IMG/VR virus record: IMGVR_UViG_3300004240_000045
Span: 1-28,562 of that record
DNA length: 28,562 nt
DNA from: a virus
Lineage: Duplodnaviria; Caudoviricetes
Direction: 5' to 3' (one strand)
The notes under the pieces are model-generated. The model did no database searches and had not been told where the DNA came from. It was given only the letters and a program-made list of their open reading frames with translations. Both the position numbers and the translations under genes were made by a program. Shown here one piece after another: positions 15,435 to 22,993 of this stretch (position 1 is the first letter of the stretch; the number at the start of each line of letters is the position of its first letter).

Positions 15435-17699
15435 TCAGGGATTAGGGGAGCGCATCGCGCCTTCTACAATATCAGCAACTTCCTGGGTTGTTGCAGTATT
15501 GACTGCACGACTTAGCTCAGTAGCAAATTCAATGCGAGCTTGATCTGCAATTTCTTCGGGTGTCGGAACATCCGGTGCATTCACCAGATTGTCCACTGTT
15601 CCACCGGTAACTGTGCGACTTGCAGCACCCCAGACCGCTACTGCATTAGCACTTGCAGTTGGAGGCGTTGTATAGGCACTGGAGGCGAGGCGTGTCTGCA
15701 GTGTGCCACCAGTGCGCTCAAGATCTGCGCGAATTGCGGCTACCAATGCTACCTGGTCGATATTTTGGTTACCGATCGCATTGACGATTGCATTCAGGAT
15801 CTGCTGGCCATCGGATTCATTCAAGATGCCGGCTTGAACTGCAGTTGCGATTGCGGTGCGTTCTGCTTCTGTAAGCGAATAGCCGACTTTATCGGCAGCA
15901 GCCCAGACAGCAGTTGCAATTTCGGAAGCAATGGGCAGTGCATCAAGCTGCGTATCAAGGTTGGCGGATGTCAATCCAACTGCCGCTCTAATACCTGCGG
16001 CATCCAGGGGTGCGTCGTAATCGGTGGCCGCCAGTCGTGTCGCCAAGGTGCCGCCGGTACGTTCCAAGTCGGCGCGGATCGCAGCCACCAGCGCGACCTG
16101 ATCGACGTTGGTGTTACCGATGGCGCCGACGATCGCATTGAGGATCGCCTGGCCGTCGCTCTCGTTCAGGATCCCGGCCTGCACGGCGGTCGCGATGGCG
16201 GTGCGCTCGGCCTCGGTGAGGCTGTAACCGGCCTTGTCGGCGGTGGCCCAGACGCGAGACGCGATGGTGTCCGCCGATGGCACGCTCGGCGCGTTCGTCA
16301 GCGTGTCCACCGTCCCCCCTGTGATCGTTCGCCCGCTGGCGTAGGCCCACACCGCAGCGGCGATCGTGGCGCTGTTGTCGATGGCGGTGGTCAGCGTGCG
16401 GGTGGCAGCGGCCCAGACGGCGGTGGCGATGTCCGCAGCGGTGGGGCGGCTGCTCACCGTGGCATCGAGATTGTCCAGATTCCCGGCCCGGCCACTGGTG
16501 AGGCGGCTCAGCAGGGTGGCGGTGCCGGAGGTGTCGGCGCCCAGCTTCGTGCTGTTGCTGTCCATCTCGATGCGGACCTCTGCAGCCGTGGGCAATGCCG
16601 CAAGCTGCGTGTCCAGGTCGGCCGCTGCCAGGCCCATGGCGCTGCGGATGCTGGCCGCTGTGATGGCTGCTGTGCCGGTGGTGTTGTCCACGGGGACACC
16701 GACGCCAACGGATGCAGCGGGGGGCACGGCGCAGGTGCCGGTCAGCTCGCCAGCAGGGCCGTAGACAGTGCCGCTGCGGACGTTGCCCACGGCAGGGTTG
16801 CCGCCTACGGAGTCGGCGGTGTAGAGGGGGCGGATCGTGGCGAGGTTGGCGCTGCGGATCTGGTAGTAGGTGGCGGGTGGTGTGGTGTTTTGCCAGAACC
16901 AGCGAAGGGCGTAGACGGGATTAACTCCATTCGCTGATGCAAGAAACGGCCCGGTTAGAATGTTTACGGCGGTTGCGTTGATAGAGTAAAGTCCAGCGTT
17001 GGCGGTGCTCGCAATAATTTGGCCCGTAACTACAACTGTGCCGGATGCTTGACTGTAAACAGCGGGACCGGTTGATGCGGTGCAGTCTCCAGTGATATTA
17101 ACCGTTCCTGCAGCGAGGTTGGAAACGCCGTAGGCATTGGCATTGGAACCTCCAAGCACCGATCCAGTAATGTTGACTGTTCCGCCGGCCGCGTTGACTA
17201 CGGCTGGACCATTAAAACCTCCGGCGGAGGCTGTTCCTGTAATGTTAATCGTCCCTGTTGATGCGTTATCAACACCTGGGGAGGTTCCGCCACCACCGTT
17301 ACCCCCGCCCGAGCAGTTTCCAATGATATTAAGTGTTCCAGTAGAGTTATTTCTAACCGCCGGAAAGATCGCACCCGCACCGACAATATTGCCTTGAATC
17401 GTACATGACTGACCGGTTGTAAGGTTTGACGTTAGTGCTGGATTTGTGACACCACCCGCCGCCACAACAATGCCGGAGCCGGTGCAAGTTACTGTAATGT
17501 TGTTATTTGGAGTAAATGTGCCACCGGCCGTCACGCCGGTTGCACTTGAGTTTCTTACGCTCAGCACCGTAGGCGACGTATCAATCGTCACCGTAAACGT
17601 GTTGCTATACACATCATCCGCAGCCGTCGGCAGCGCACCCGTGGACCACAGCGTCGGGTCCGACCAAACCCCCGTCTTAATCGCCCGAACAATCGCCAT
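15435..17699 (-). CDS. Large fibre/spike protein with N-terminal beta-helix-like repeats and a duplicated helical segment
   Basis: 754 aa; repeated GT(V/I)NITG..GG units; P...NVRSGTVYG....TGT..VP.A.SV..GVPVD.TTG motif; I..AVW repeats. Confidence 0.7.
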   Translation of the reverse strand: MAIVRAIKTGVWSDPTLWSTGALPTAADDVYSNTFTVTIDTSPTVLSVRNSSATGVTAGGTFTPNNNITVTCTGSGIVVAAGGVTNPALTSNLTTGQSCTIQGNIVGAGAIFPAVRNNSTGTLNIIGNCSGGGNGGGGTSPGVDNASTGTINITGTASAGGFNGPAVVNAAGGTVNITGSVLGGSNANAYGVSNLAAGTVNITGDCTASTGPAVYSQASGTVVVTGQIIASTANAGLYSINATAVNILTGPFLASANGVNPVYALRWFWQNTTPPATYYQIRSANLATIRPLYTADSVGGNPAVGNVRSGTVYGPAGELTGTCAVPPAASVGVGVPVDNTTGTAAITAASIRSAMGLAAADLDTQLAALPTAAEVRIEMDSNSTKLGADTSGTATLLSRLTSGRAGNLDNLDATVSSRPTAADIATAVWAAATRTLTTAIDNSATIAAAVWAYASGRTITGGTVDTLTNAPSVPSADTIASRVWATADKAGYSLTEAERTAIATAVQAGILNESDGQAILNAIVGAIGNTNVDQVALVAAIRADLERTGGTLATRLAATDYDAPLDAAGIRAAVGLTSANLDTQLDALPIASEIATAVWAAADKVGYSLTEAERTAIATAVQAGILNESDGQQILNAIVNAIGNQNIDQVALVAAIRADLERTGGTLQTRLASSAYTTPPTASANAVAVWGAASRTVTGGTVDNLVNAPDVPTPEEIADQARIEFATELSRAVNTATTQEVADIVEGAMRSPNP
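15685..16252 (-). repeat. Two copies of a ~74-codon segment 345 bp apart (about 16030-16252 and 15685-15907)
   Basis: Both encode VWA.ADK.GYSLTEAERTAIATAVQAGILNESDGQ.ILNAIV.AIGN.N.DQVALVAAIRADLERTGGTL.TRLA but use different synonymous codons. Confidence 0.9.
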
Positions 17700-17701
17700 C
17701 C

Positions 17702-17995
17702 CTACAACCCCTTCGCATCAATGAACGCCTGCGCCGCCTGCTCCAGCGCCATCAGGAATGCCGCCACCGCCGGATCCGTCTGCGCCTCCTGCGTGGCATC
17801 GCCATAGACCACCGCCCGCGCCTCAGCATCCAGCCGCTCCGGCCCACCAGGCCCCATGCAATAGGGCGTCAGCCGCACCGCGATCGAGGCCCCGAACCCA
17901 TCGGCGTGCTGCATAGGCGACAGCGCCAGGTTCGCCGCCAGCTTGTCGTAACGCTTGCCGTTCAGGGTGATGGGCTGGTTCGTTCTCAGGGCCAT
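17702..17995 (-). CDS. Hypothetical fibre-associated protein
   Basis: Start moved to ATG 17995 (MALRTNQPITLNGKRYDKLAANLALSP..., 97 aa), which avoids overlap with the 18000 gene. Confidence 0.6.
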   Translation of the reverse strand: MALRTNQPITLNGKRYDKLAANLALSPMQHADGFGASIAVRLTPYCMGPGGPERLDAEARAVVYGDATQEAQTDPAVAAFLMALEQAAQAFIDAKGL

Positions 17996-17999
17996 GGAT

Positions 18000-18335
18000 C
18001 TACGGGGCGTAGGTGTGACTCGTGCGGCCCGTCCAGGTGACGGCCGTGGCGGTGCCTTTGCTGGTGCGGATGCCGGCGGGGCTGTAGGTGCTGCGGGTGA
18101 TGGTCCAGACCGCTGCACTTTCTTGGGTGCCGGCTGGGGCGCTACCGACATAAATAGTACCGGCCGTACTTGCGTCAATGAGAGTAGCGGGAAAAGGTGT
18201 TATCGGGGCCTGTGGCCCTTCGGTGATAACCTTGATAACTGCAGGTGCGGTGGGCGCTGTAACCTTGATCGCATTCGTGGCAATCTCCCTGACGACAACC
18301 TGCTGCGTTTCGGTGACTTTTACAAGATTACTCAT
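18000..18335 (-). CDS. Putative virion structural protein
   Basis: 111 aa; VI.V.TEGPQ and YVG.A..GT.ES.AVW.I.R......W..R....Y motifs; ATGA-coupled. Confidence 0.6.
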   Translation of the reverse strand: MSNLVKVTETQQVVVREIATNAIKVTAPTAPAVIKVITEGPQAPITPFPATLIDASTAGTIYVGSAPAGTQESAAVWTITRSTYSPAGIRTSKGTATAVTWTGRTSHTYAP

Positions 18336-18673
18336 GGTGCTGTATATCCCTCCGACGCTTGGATCACGCCCTCAAGATAGTATTCCCTAAGGAGGCTTGG
18401 GTTGATCAGCATTACGTCATAACGAGACTCGAACGGGAGCATCGTTGTCACTGCATACGGAATCCTGAGCTTCGTCTTTCCAAGTGCAGCGCTGACAACC
18501 GTGACCACAAAGTCACCGATCTTCTGTGTTCTATTCGGATTCCAGACCTGAGCAATGATCTGCCAGCCCGTCAGATTGATCGGGTTCCCGCTCGGGTCTT
18601 CAAAGTCAGCCTCAAACTCATAGTCAGCGCGTCGCTGAACTACAAGATCATATCTGGCCGGCGAGATTGCCAT
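18332..18673 (-). CDS. Fibre-attachment / BppU-N-like Ig-fold virion protein
   Basis: Start ATG 18673; YDL.VQ..AD...D..G.PINLTG...AQV...YDV.L.......YLEG motif. Confidence 0.6.
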   Translation of the reverse strand: MAISPARYDLVVQRRADYEFEADFEDPSGNPINLTGWQIIAQVWNPNRTQKIGDFVVTVVSAALGKTKLRIPYAVTTMLPFESRYDVMLINPSLLREYYLEGVIQASEGYTAP

Positions 18674-18733
18674 CCTTCTCGGTTGTAGCGGCGAGATGAT
18701 GGCAGAGCCGCCATATCGCAATGGTAGCCAGCC

Positions 18734-19285
18734 CTATCTGGCCCCCCAGATTGCAGACACTGCCCTGCGAACACGCTTCAGGCCACCCGACGACAAACTG
18801 TTTGCGCCCTTGACCCAGGTGAACCTTATGCCACGAATCAAAAAGCCTTCACGCGAAGTAAAGATAGACGTGATCAACCTGGAAAGCGATTTAATCGTAA
18901 GACTATCGCCAAACAGGGATGCAAGCCTGATTGCCTGATGAACATCCTGCAGCTCAATGGAGATTGGTGCGTTCAGGCCATTGCGTTGCATGGCGGCCTT
19001 CAAGGTGTCAATCGCAGCGCTGATTTCGTTGATGGCATCGGAAGACTCTCCGGTGCTCAGTTGCATCGCTGTTTCAAGGTTGATTCGCCTGATTCGACCA
19101 TCAAATCTACCGATGGAAACAATCTTGGCATGAACCGGGATGTCACCAACCTCAACAAGCTCTTGCCTGCAGCTTACAGGCGAGAAACAAATTGGACTGT
19201 GCGTAATCTTGGACAGATCAGGGGTGTCTTCAGAAAGCACGTAGAAGGTTTCGTGCTGGATTGGCTCAATTCTGTAAAATTTCAC
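18734..19285 (-). CDS. Hypothetical protein
   Basis: GTG start at 19285 preceded by SD AAGGAGGT and GTGA-coupled to the upstream small ORF; 183 aa. Confidence 0.6.
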   Translation of the reverse strand: MKFYRIEPIQHETFYVLSEDTPDLSKITHSPICFSPVSCRQELVEVGDIPVHAKIVSIGRFDGRIRRINLETAMQLSTGESSDAINEISAAIDTLKAAMQRNGLNAPISIELQDVHQAIRLASLFGDSLTIKSLSRLITSIFTSREGFLIRGIRFTWVKGANSLSSGGLKRVRRAVSAIWGAR

Positions 19286-19446
19286 GGTTCTTGCACCTCC
19301 TTTACGCAAGGTCTGATAGCAATGATCCGGTGCTTACCGCCGCTATTTTTGTATCTCATCCGTGCATCATAAGCGCAGGGTGCCTCAACGCGAATATCCA
19401 TTGTCCGCTGCGGGTCCAGCTGCAGCGTCAGAAAGTATTCAGTCAT
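19282..19446 (-). CDS. Small hypothetical protein
   Basis: Not in ORF track (54 aa): MTEYFLTLQLDPQRTMDIRVEAPCAYDARMRYKNSGGKHRIIAIRPCVKEVQEP; ATGA/GTGA coupling at both ends. Confidence 0.65.
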   Translation of the reverse strand: MTEYFLTLQLDPQRTMDIRVEAPCAYDARMRYKNSGGKHRIIAIRPCVKEVQEP

Positions 19447-19646
19447 AGATTCAGGGATTTAACAAGTGGCTCAGTCTTGACGTTCTGGCGCATCAGCCAG
19501 CTGATCACCGATCGCTGAGTCATCCAAGCCTTGACCAAGACCTTCAATGTGTTTTTCAGCTTTTCAGGATCCGTTTCACGGTCAACGGCTCGATTGATCT
19601 TTTCGATCTCAAAATGCTGAGATGCCGAAAGCTCGATCCTTTCCAT
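19443..19646 (-). CDS. nblA: NblA-like phycobilisome degradation adaptor
   Basis: Start moved to ATG 19646 (TAATG coupling); 67 aa MERIELSASQHFEIEKINRAVDRETDPEKLKNTLKVLVKAWMTQRSVISWLMRQ. Matches the NblA pattern L(S/T)xxQxF-helix-loop-helix and its size. Confidence 0.65.
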   Translation of the reverse strand: MERIELSASQHFEIEKINRAVDRETDPEKLKNTLKVLVKAWMTQRSVISWLMRQNVKTEPLVKSLNL

Positions 19647-19960
19647 TAGTTCATGCTCACGCGACGAGGAAGCGGCCCCTCTTGGGGGAACCTCTTCGCT
19701 GAAAACGTTGCTTCTGCGATGCCGAGACGCATAATCGCCTCTTTGTGTTCTTCCTGCAGCATCCTGGTGATGTAACCAATAAAGTGGCTGACTAGCCAGC
19801 AAAGTCCAGCAGTGGCAATGATCTTATTGCCAGTAAAAACACCAACAAACGCGAAGGGAATTGCAATAATGCCGCTGAAGGATGCGATGTTGCTCAGGAG
19901 GCTCGCCATTCGCATTCTTTCACGGAGGCTCTCAAGAGTTTTTTTATCTTCTTGATCCAA
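19646..19960 (-). CDS. Small two-TM membrane protein
   Basis: 104 aa; hydrophobic segments IASFSGIIAIPFAFVGVFT and IIATAGLCWLVSHFIGYI with charged termini; -10-like G-TAGAGT ~24 nt upstream. Confidence 0.6.
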   Translation of the reverse strand: MDQEDKKTLESLRERMRMASLLSNIASFSGIIAIPFAFVGVFTGNKIIATAGLCWLVSHFIGYITRMLQEEHKEAIMRLGIAEATFSAKRFPQEGPLPRRVSMN

Positions 19961-20011
19961 GGTTAAGCGGCGGGGACACCAGCACTCTACTGCATCCCCG
20001 CTGCATTGCAG

Positions 20012-20416
20012 TCAGTCGTCAAAGATACCGGCTTTTGCGCGACCAAGCTCGGCCCACAGATTGATAAAAGAGTTTTCAATCCACTTTTTGTGCTGTTTGG
20101 AGATACTGTCAAGCCTGCGGCCCAACGACTCAAACCTGCTTGCAACCGCAAGTTGCAGCTCGTCTTGCACGACAACGCCTGACCTCATCGTAACCGTAAT
20201 TGGCAGGGCAAAAAAGGCTTCAACCTTCATCCCTCCGCCCATGCCAATAAACTCACCAAACTTCCAGTGCTCCGGCCAGGTATCAGGTCGGTCAAGATCC
20301 ATAAAGACAAGCGCCTCACCGGTACTTGTTTCGATCTCAATGCAGTTTTTGATTGCTTTTCCATTTCCATCTGTCAGATTGACATTGTGGTTGCCGTTGC
20401 CTGCGTTCAGGAACAT
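20012..20416 (-). CDS. Hypothetical protein
   Basis: 134 aa ORF in a co-oriented run. Confidence 0.6.
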   Translation of the reverse strand: MFLNAGNGNHNVNLTDGNGKAIKNCIEIETSTGEALVFMDLDRPDTWPEHWKFGEFIGMGGGMKVEAFFALPITVTMRSGVVVQDELQLAVASRFESLGRRLDSISKQHKKWIENSFINLWAELGRAKAGIFDD

Positions 20417-20434
20417 GATTTTGTGAATAAATGA

Positions 20435-20674
20435 TCAGGCGGTGGTCTGGTTGGGTTCCGGCTGCTGGGCGGCGACGCCATCCAGCCAGTCTCCGGCCAC
20501 TGGGAGGCCCTGCAGGCGGGCTTCGGTGGCCAGTCGCTCCAGCATTGCCGAGGCGTCCCTGCGGCAGGCCCTGCAGGCTGTAGCGCACTTCCAGCCAGGC
20601 TCACCCAGGCCATCGCTAAACAGCTCGGGACAGAGCTGCAAGGCCAGCTGTTCAAGGAGGGGACGAGCTTGCAT
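20435..20674 (-). CDS. Hypothetical protein with C..ACxxC motif
   Basis: Likely start ATG 20674 (MQARPLLEQLALQLCPELF...CATACRACRRDA...). Confidence 0.55.
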   Translation of the reverse strand: MQARPLLEQLALQLCPELFSDGLGEPGWKCATACRACRRDASAMLERLATEARLQGLPVAGDWLDGVAAQQPEPNQTTA

Positions 20675-20810
20675 GGTTGGTTGAGCGGCTGGTCTTACGG
20701 AAACTGCGGTTACCTGAACTGTTGCGTTTGCCGATAGGGACAACCGATTCTATTGAAGGATTGGCCGGTCGTCAAGTTGCAGGTGACAATCGTTCAAGCT
20801 GAACAGCTGG

Positions 20811-20837
20811 TTGACAGTTGGGTGAAGGTGCTACACT
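20811..20837 (+). promoter_or_regulatory. Promoter of the plus-strand accessory operon
   Basis: TTGACA (20811-20816), 15-nt spacer, extended -10 TG-C-TACACT (20829-20837), 22 nt before ATG 20860. Confidence 0.6.
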
Positions 20838-20859
20838 GGGGCTCCCCCGCCAACCGAAG

Positions 20860-21120
20860 ATGCTTGACGAGCTGAACGAACGGATCAGCTTCAAAGAACT
20901 TACTGTTCAACTAACGTACTTCAAGAAAAGTGGGAAGTTTTACGATAAAGCTGAGTTTCAGGTTTATGCCGACTGGGATCTGCATCAGGTCTGGTATCTA
21001 GTGCGCAAGCTTCGTAGCGGAGGTAAGCTTCCGGGTCTTGTTGACGGAGCTGGCAGGGAATTTATGATCCTCGTCAACGTACCAGGCCATCGCCACGAAC
21101 ATCCTCACCTGATTGTCTGA
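20860..21120 (+). CDS. Hypothetical protein
   Basis: ATG 20860; V.LTYFK.SGKFY...GKLPGLV.G...HPHLI pattern; TGATG-coupled to the next gene. Confidence 0.7.
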   Translation: MLDELNERISFKELTVQLTYFKKSGKFYDKAEFQVYADWDLHQVWYLVRKLRSGGKLPGLVDGAGREFMILVNVPGHRHEHPHLIV

Positions 21121-21440
21121 TGACTGAAATTACTCCCAAAAGTTGGAGTGTATCGCTCCTTGCTAAAGAAATCGAAATCGCTTCCGCTGGCTCGGAAAAT
21201 TTCAACACTGTTTTGGTTCACCCTGAAATTATTAAAAGAGATTTCAGGTTATGCTGCAAGGAAGAATGCGAGCACGACTGGAAATCGCTGTCCACCACCT
21301 ATCGGGTTACATGCAAAAAGGGATTGTGGATGGTGGAGGGGACAGACAGGGAATATGTCAAAAGCCAGGCAAAGCACTACTTTATTCAGTATTGGTCTGA
21401 TGGTGAGTATGATGACATTCTTGATGCTGTGAAGGAGTAA
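21120..21440 (+). CDS. Hypothetical protein
   Basis: 106 aa; C-terminal C.KGLW.V.G....A.HYF.QY..DGEY; coupled operon. Confidence 0.65.
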   Translation: MTEITPKSWSVSLLAKEIEIASAGSENFNTVLVHPEIIKRDFRLCCKEECEHDWKSLSTTYRVTCKKGLWMVEGTDREYVKSQAKHYFIQYWSDGEYDDILDAVKE

Positions 21441-21441
21441 A

Positions 21442-21654
21442 ATGTCAAAAATTAACTGCGCCTGCTGCGGCAAGCAGATTGTCAGGCATCAGGTTCCTCG
21501 GCACGACAAATATTGCGCACCGGCTAAAGGCGCAAAACCGCTCGGCACTGGTCGGTGGTGCTGCGGTTACTGCGGAGAAGACCTTGATGAACATGGTCTG
21601 TTTCCCGAGGAAAGGCATCTTGCCTATGAGCTTTATGGAGTGCCACTGCCATGA
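21442..21654 (+). CDS. Small Cys-rich, probably zinc-binding protein
   Basis: CACC...CCGYC pairs; SD AAGGAG upstream. Confidence 0.6.
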   Translation: MSKINCACCGKQIVRHQVPRHDKYCAPAKGAKPLGTGRWCCGYCGEDLDEHGLFPEERHLAYELYGVPLP

Positions 21655-22007
21655 GAGTCATCATCGCCGGATCCCGTGACATCACAGATCCCCAAGCACT
21701 GCTAGATGCGCTGCGGGAAGTCGATTGGCAAATCACGCAAGTCGTCTGTGGCATGGCCCGTGGTGCCGACAAGCTTGGATATGACTGGGCCAAGGCCAAT
21801 AACGTCCCGATCGCTGAGTTTCCTGCAGATTGGAATCGTTACGGCAAAAGCGCTGGCTATAAGCGCAATGCCGAGATGGCCAAGAATGCTGATGCGTTGC
21901 TTGCGCTATGGGATGGCCAGAGTCGCGGGACCAACAACATGATCTATCTCGCAGCGTGTCGCAACCTGCGTGTTCACATTTTTAATCCATTTGACAAGGA
22001 GGAATGA
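21651..22007 (+). CDS. SLOG-family (YspA/DUF2493-like) protein
   Basis: MRVIIAGSR...VVCGMARGAD..G..WA......FPADW.RYGKSAG..RN.EMA..AD.L.A.WDG.SRGT..MI. Confidence 0.88.
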   Translation: MRVIIAGSRDITDPQALLDALREVDWQITQVVCGMARGADKLGYDWAKANNVPIAEFPADWNRYGKSAGYKRNAEMAKNADALLALWDGQSRGTNNMIYLAACRNLRVHIFNPFDKEE

Positions 22008-22270
22008 TGAATCAAGTTGAAATCCTGCTCCCAAGGCCAATTGCGTTTGCGGAGCGCCAACCAAGTCTCGCTGATTGCGACCCGAATGGAAGGATATGGG
22101 CAGGTCACTGGAATCAATCCATTAGTCACAATAGATGGATTTGGACACTGATTGAACTAGGGAAGCTTGAGATGTGGAGGTCATCAATGCTGGTGACTCA
22201 CTTTGTTCCCGGCTCTGCTAGAGCCCTGCCAACAACGCTTTTCAATCCATTTGACGAGGAGGAGTGATGG
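21979..22270 (+). repeat. Pair of 32-bp direct repeats at consecutive gene junctions (21979-22010 and 22239-22270)
   Basis: TTTTTAATCCATTTGACAAGGAGGAATGATGA vs TTTTCAATCCATTTGACGAGGAGGAGTGATGG; 28/32 identical, 260 bp apart. Confidence 0.9.
22004..22267 (+). CDS. Hypothetical protein sharing a module with the 25351 and 26410 ORFs
   Basis: PI...ER.P...DCD..GR.W...THF.P...ALP; SD AAGGAGG. Confidence 0.65.
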   Translation: MMNQVEILLPRPIAFAERQPSLADCDPNGRIWAGHWNQSISHNRWIWTLIELGKLEMWRSSMLVTHFVPGSARALPTTLFNPFDEEE

Positions 22271-22527
22271 CCGGCTTTATCGAGCTTCAGGTTCAGCACG
22301 TTTATGCCATCGGCAGTCGACAACGCGAATGCCATGGTCACGGAGATTATTCTGATGAGCTTGCCATTCGTCAGTGCGTAACCACTGACTGGCCTGCTTG
22401 TGATTTTGCTCCTTTATTTGCAAGTGAAGAGGCTGCAAGGAAGTGGATCAGACATAATCCACAGTTTGGGCCAGGGCTGGAACCTGTCAGGCTCAGCTAC
22501 ATTGCCACAATTAACAAAGAAGAGTAA
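22264..22527 (+). CDS. Hypothetical protein
   Basis: 87 aa; ECHGHGDY and PLF.S.E.A motifs; SD GAGGAGG. Confidence 0.65.
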   Translation: MMAGFIELQVQHVYAIGSRQRECHGHGDYSDELAIRQCVTTDWPACDFAPLFASEEAARKWIRHNPQFGPGLEPVRLSYIATINKEE

Positions 22528-22529
22528 CC

Positions 22530-22778
22530 ATGGACATTATGTCGGACATCGTGGAAGACCTGCGTTTTTACGCGGGGATGAATCTAACGCCGATCAAGAT
22601 TGAGCTTGGCCCATCAGCTTACGCAGAAGCGCTCAGGCAAAGCATGGCGCATTTAAGGCCAGGGAATCCACCCTGCTTTACGCTATTTGGAATTCCAGCT
22701 GAAGCAATTCAGACGAGTAACGGCTGGGCACGTGGCTACAGGTTCAAGGAAACCAGTGCTTCTGTCTATACTGTTTAG
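22530..22778 (+). CDS. Hypothetical protein
   Basis: 82 aa; last gene of the plus-strand operon, converging on the tRNAs. Confidence 0.6.
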   Translation: MDIMSDIVEDLRFYAGMNLTPIKIELGPSAYAEALRQSMAHLRPGNPPCFTLFGIPAEAIQTSNGWARGYRFKETSASVYTV

Positions 22779-22782
22779 TTGA

Positions 22783-22855
22783 TGCTCACTGCGGGAATCA
22801 AACCCGCCTTACTCGGCTTATGAGGCCGGCGCATTCATCAGATTGCTAAGTGAGC
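22783..22855 (-). tRNA. tRNA with CAT anticodon (elongator Met or Ile2), atypical D and T loops
   Basis: GCTCACT/AGTGAGC acceptor stem, discriminator A; anticodon arm CCGGC-CTCATAA-GCCGA; T arm GCGGG-TTTGATT-CCCGC; lacks initiator features; no encoded CCA. Confidence 0.75.
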
Positions 22856-22858
22856 CAA

Positions 22859-22933
22859 CACCCCAGGTTGGATTCGAACCAACGACCAGCAAATTAGAAG
22901 TTTGCGGCTCTTATTCCACTGAGCTACTGGGGC
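22859..22933 (-). tRNA. tRNA-Arg(TCT)
   Basis: GCCCCAG/CTGGGGT acceptor; D arm GCTC-AGTGGAATAA-GAGC; anticodon arm GCAAA-CTTCTAA-TTTGC; T arm GTTGG-TTCGAAT-CCAAC; no encoded CCA. Confidence 0.93.
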
Positions 22934-22941
22934 ATCTTGCA

Positions 22942-22970
22942 AGATTGGCACAAGAAAGGCCCGTTGTCAA
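22942..22970 (-). promoter_or_regulatory. Sigma70-type promoter for the tRNA pair
   Basis: TTGACA, 17-nt spacer ending TGC, then CAATCT; predicted start ~22935, just before tRNA-Arg. Confidence 0.55.
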
Positions 22971-22983
22971 GACGGGCCGTTTT
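22952..22983. terminator. Hairpin, possibly a bidirectional terminator
   Basis: GGCCCGT-TGTCAAG-ACGGGCC with AAGAAA on the left and GTTTT on the right. Confidence 0.6.
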
Positions 22984-22993
22984 GTGTCTTGGC

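Noticed and set aside
15685-16252. Template/variable repeat pair of a diversity-generating retroelement
   Set aside because: Both copies are in frame in one gene, the differences are synonymous rather than adenine-specific, and there is no reverse transcriptase in the window.
19646-19960. Holin call for the two-TM protein
   Set aside because: The topology fits, but no endolysin is adjacent and the context is accessory genes; left as a membrane protein.
21979-22270. CRISPR-like mini-array from the 32-bp repeats
   Set aside because: Only two copies, separated by a whole gene, non-palindromic and protein-coding; no cas genes.
22783-22933. tRNA as a prophage attachment site or host boundary
   Set aside because: Phage-type genes continue on both sides; no integrase or duplicated tRNA 3' end is visible in the window.
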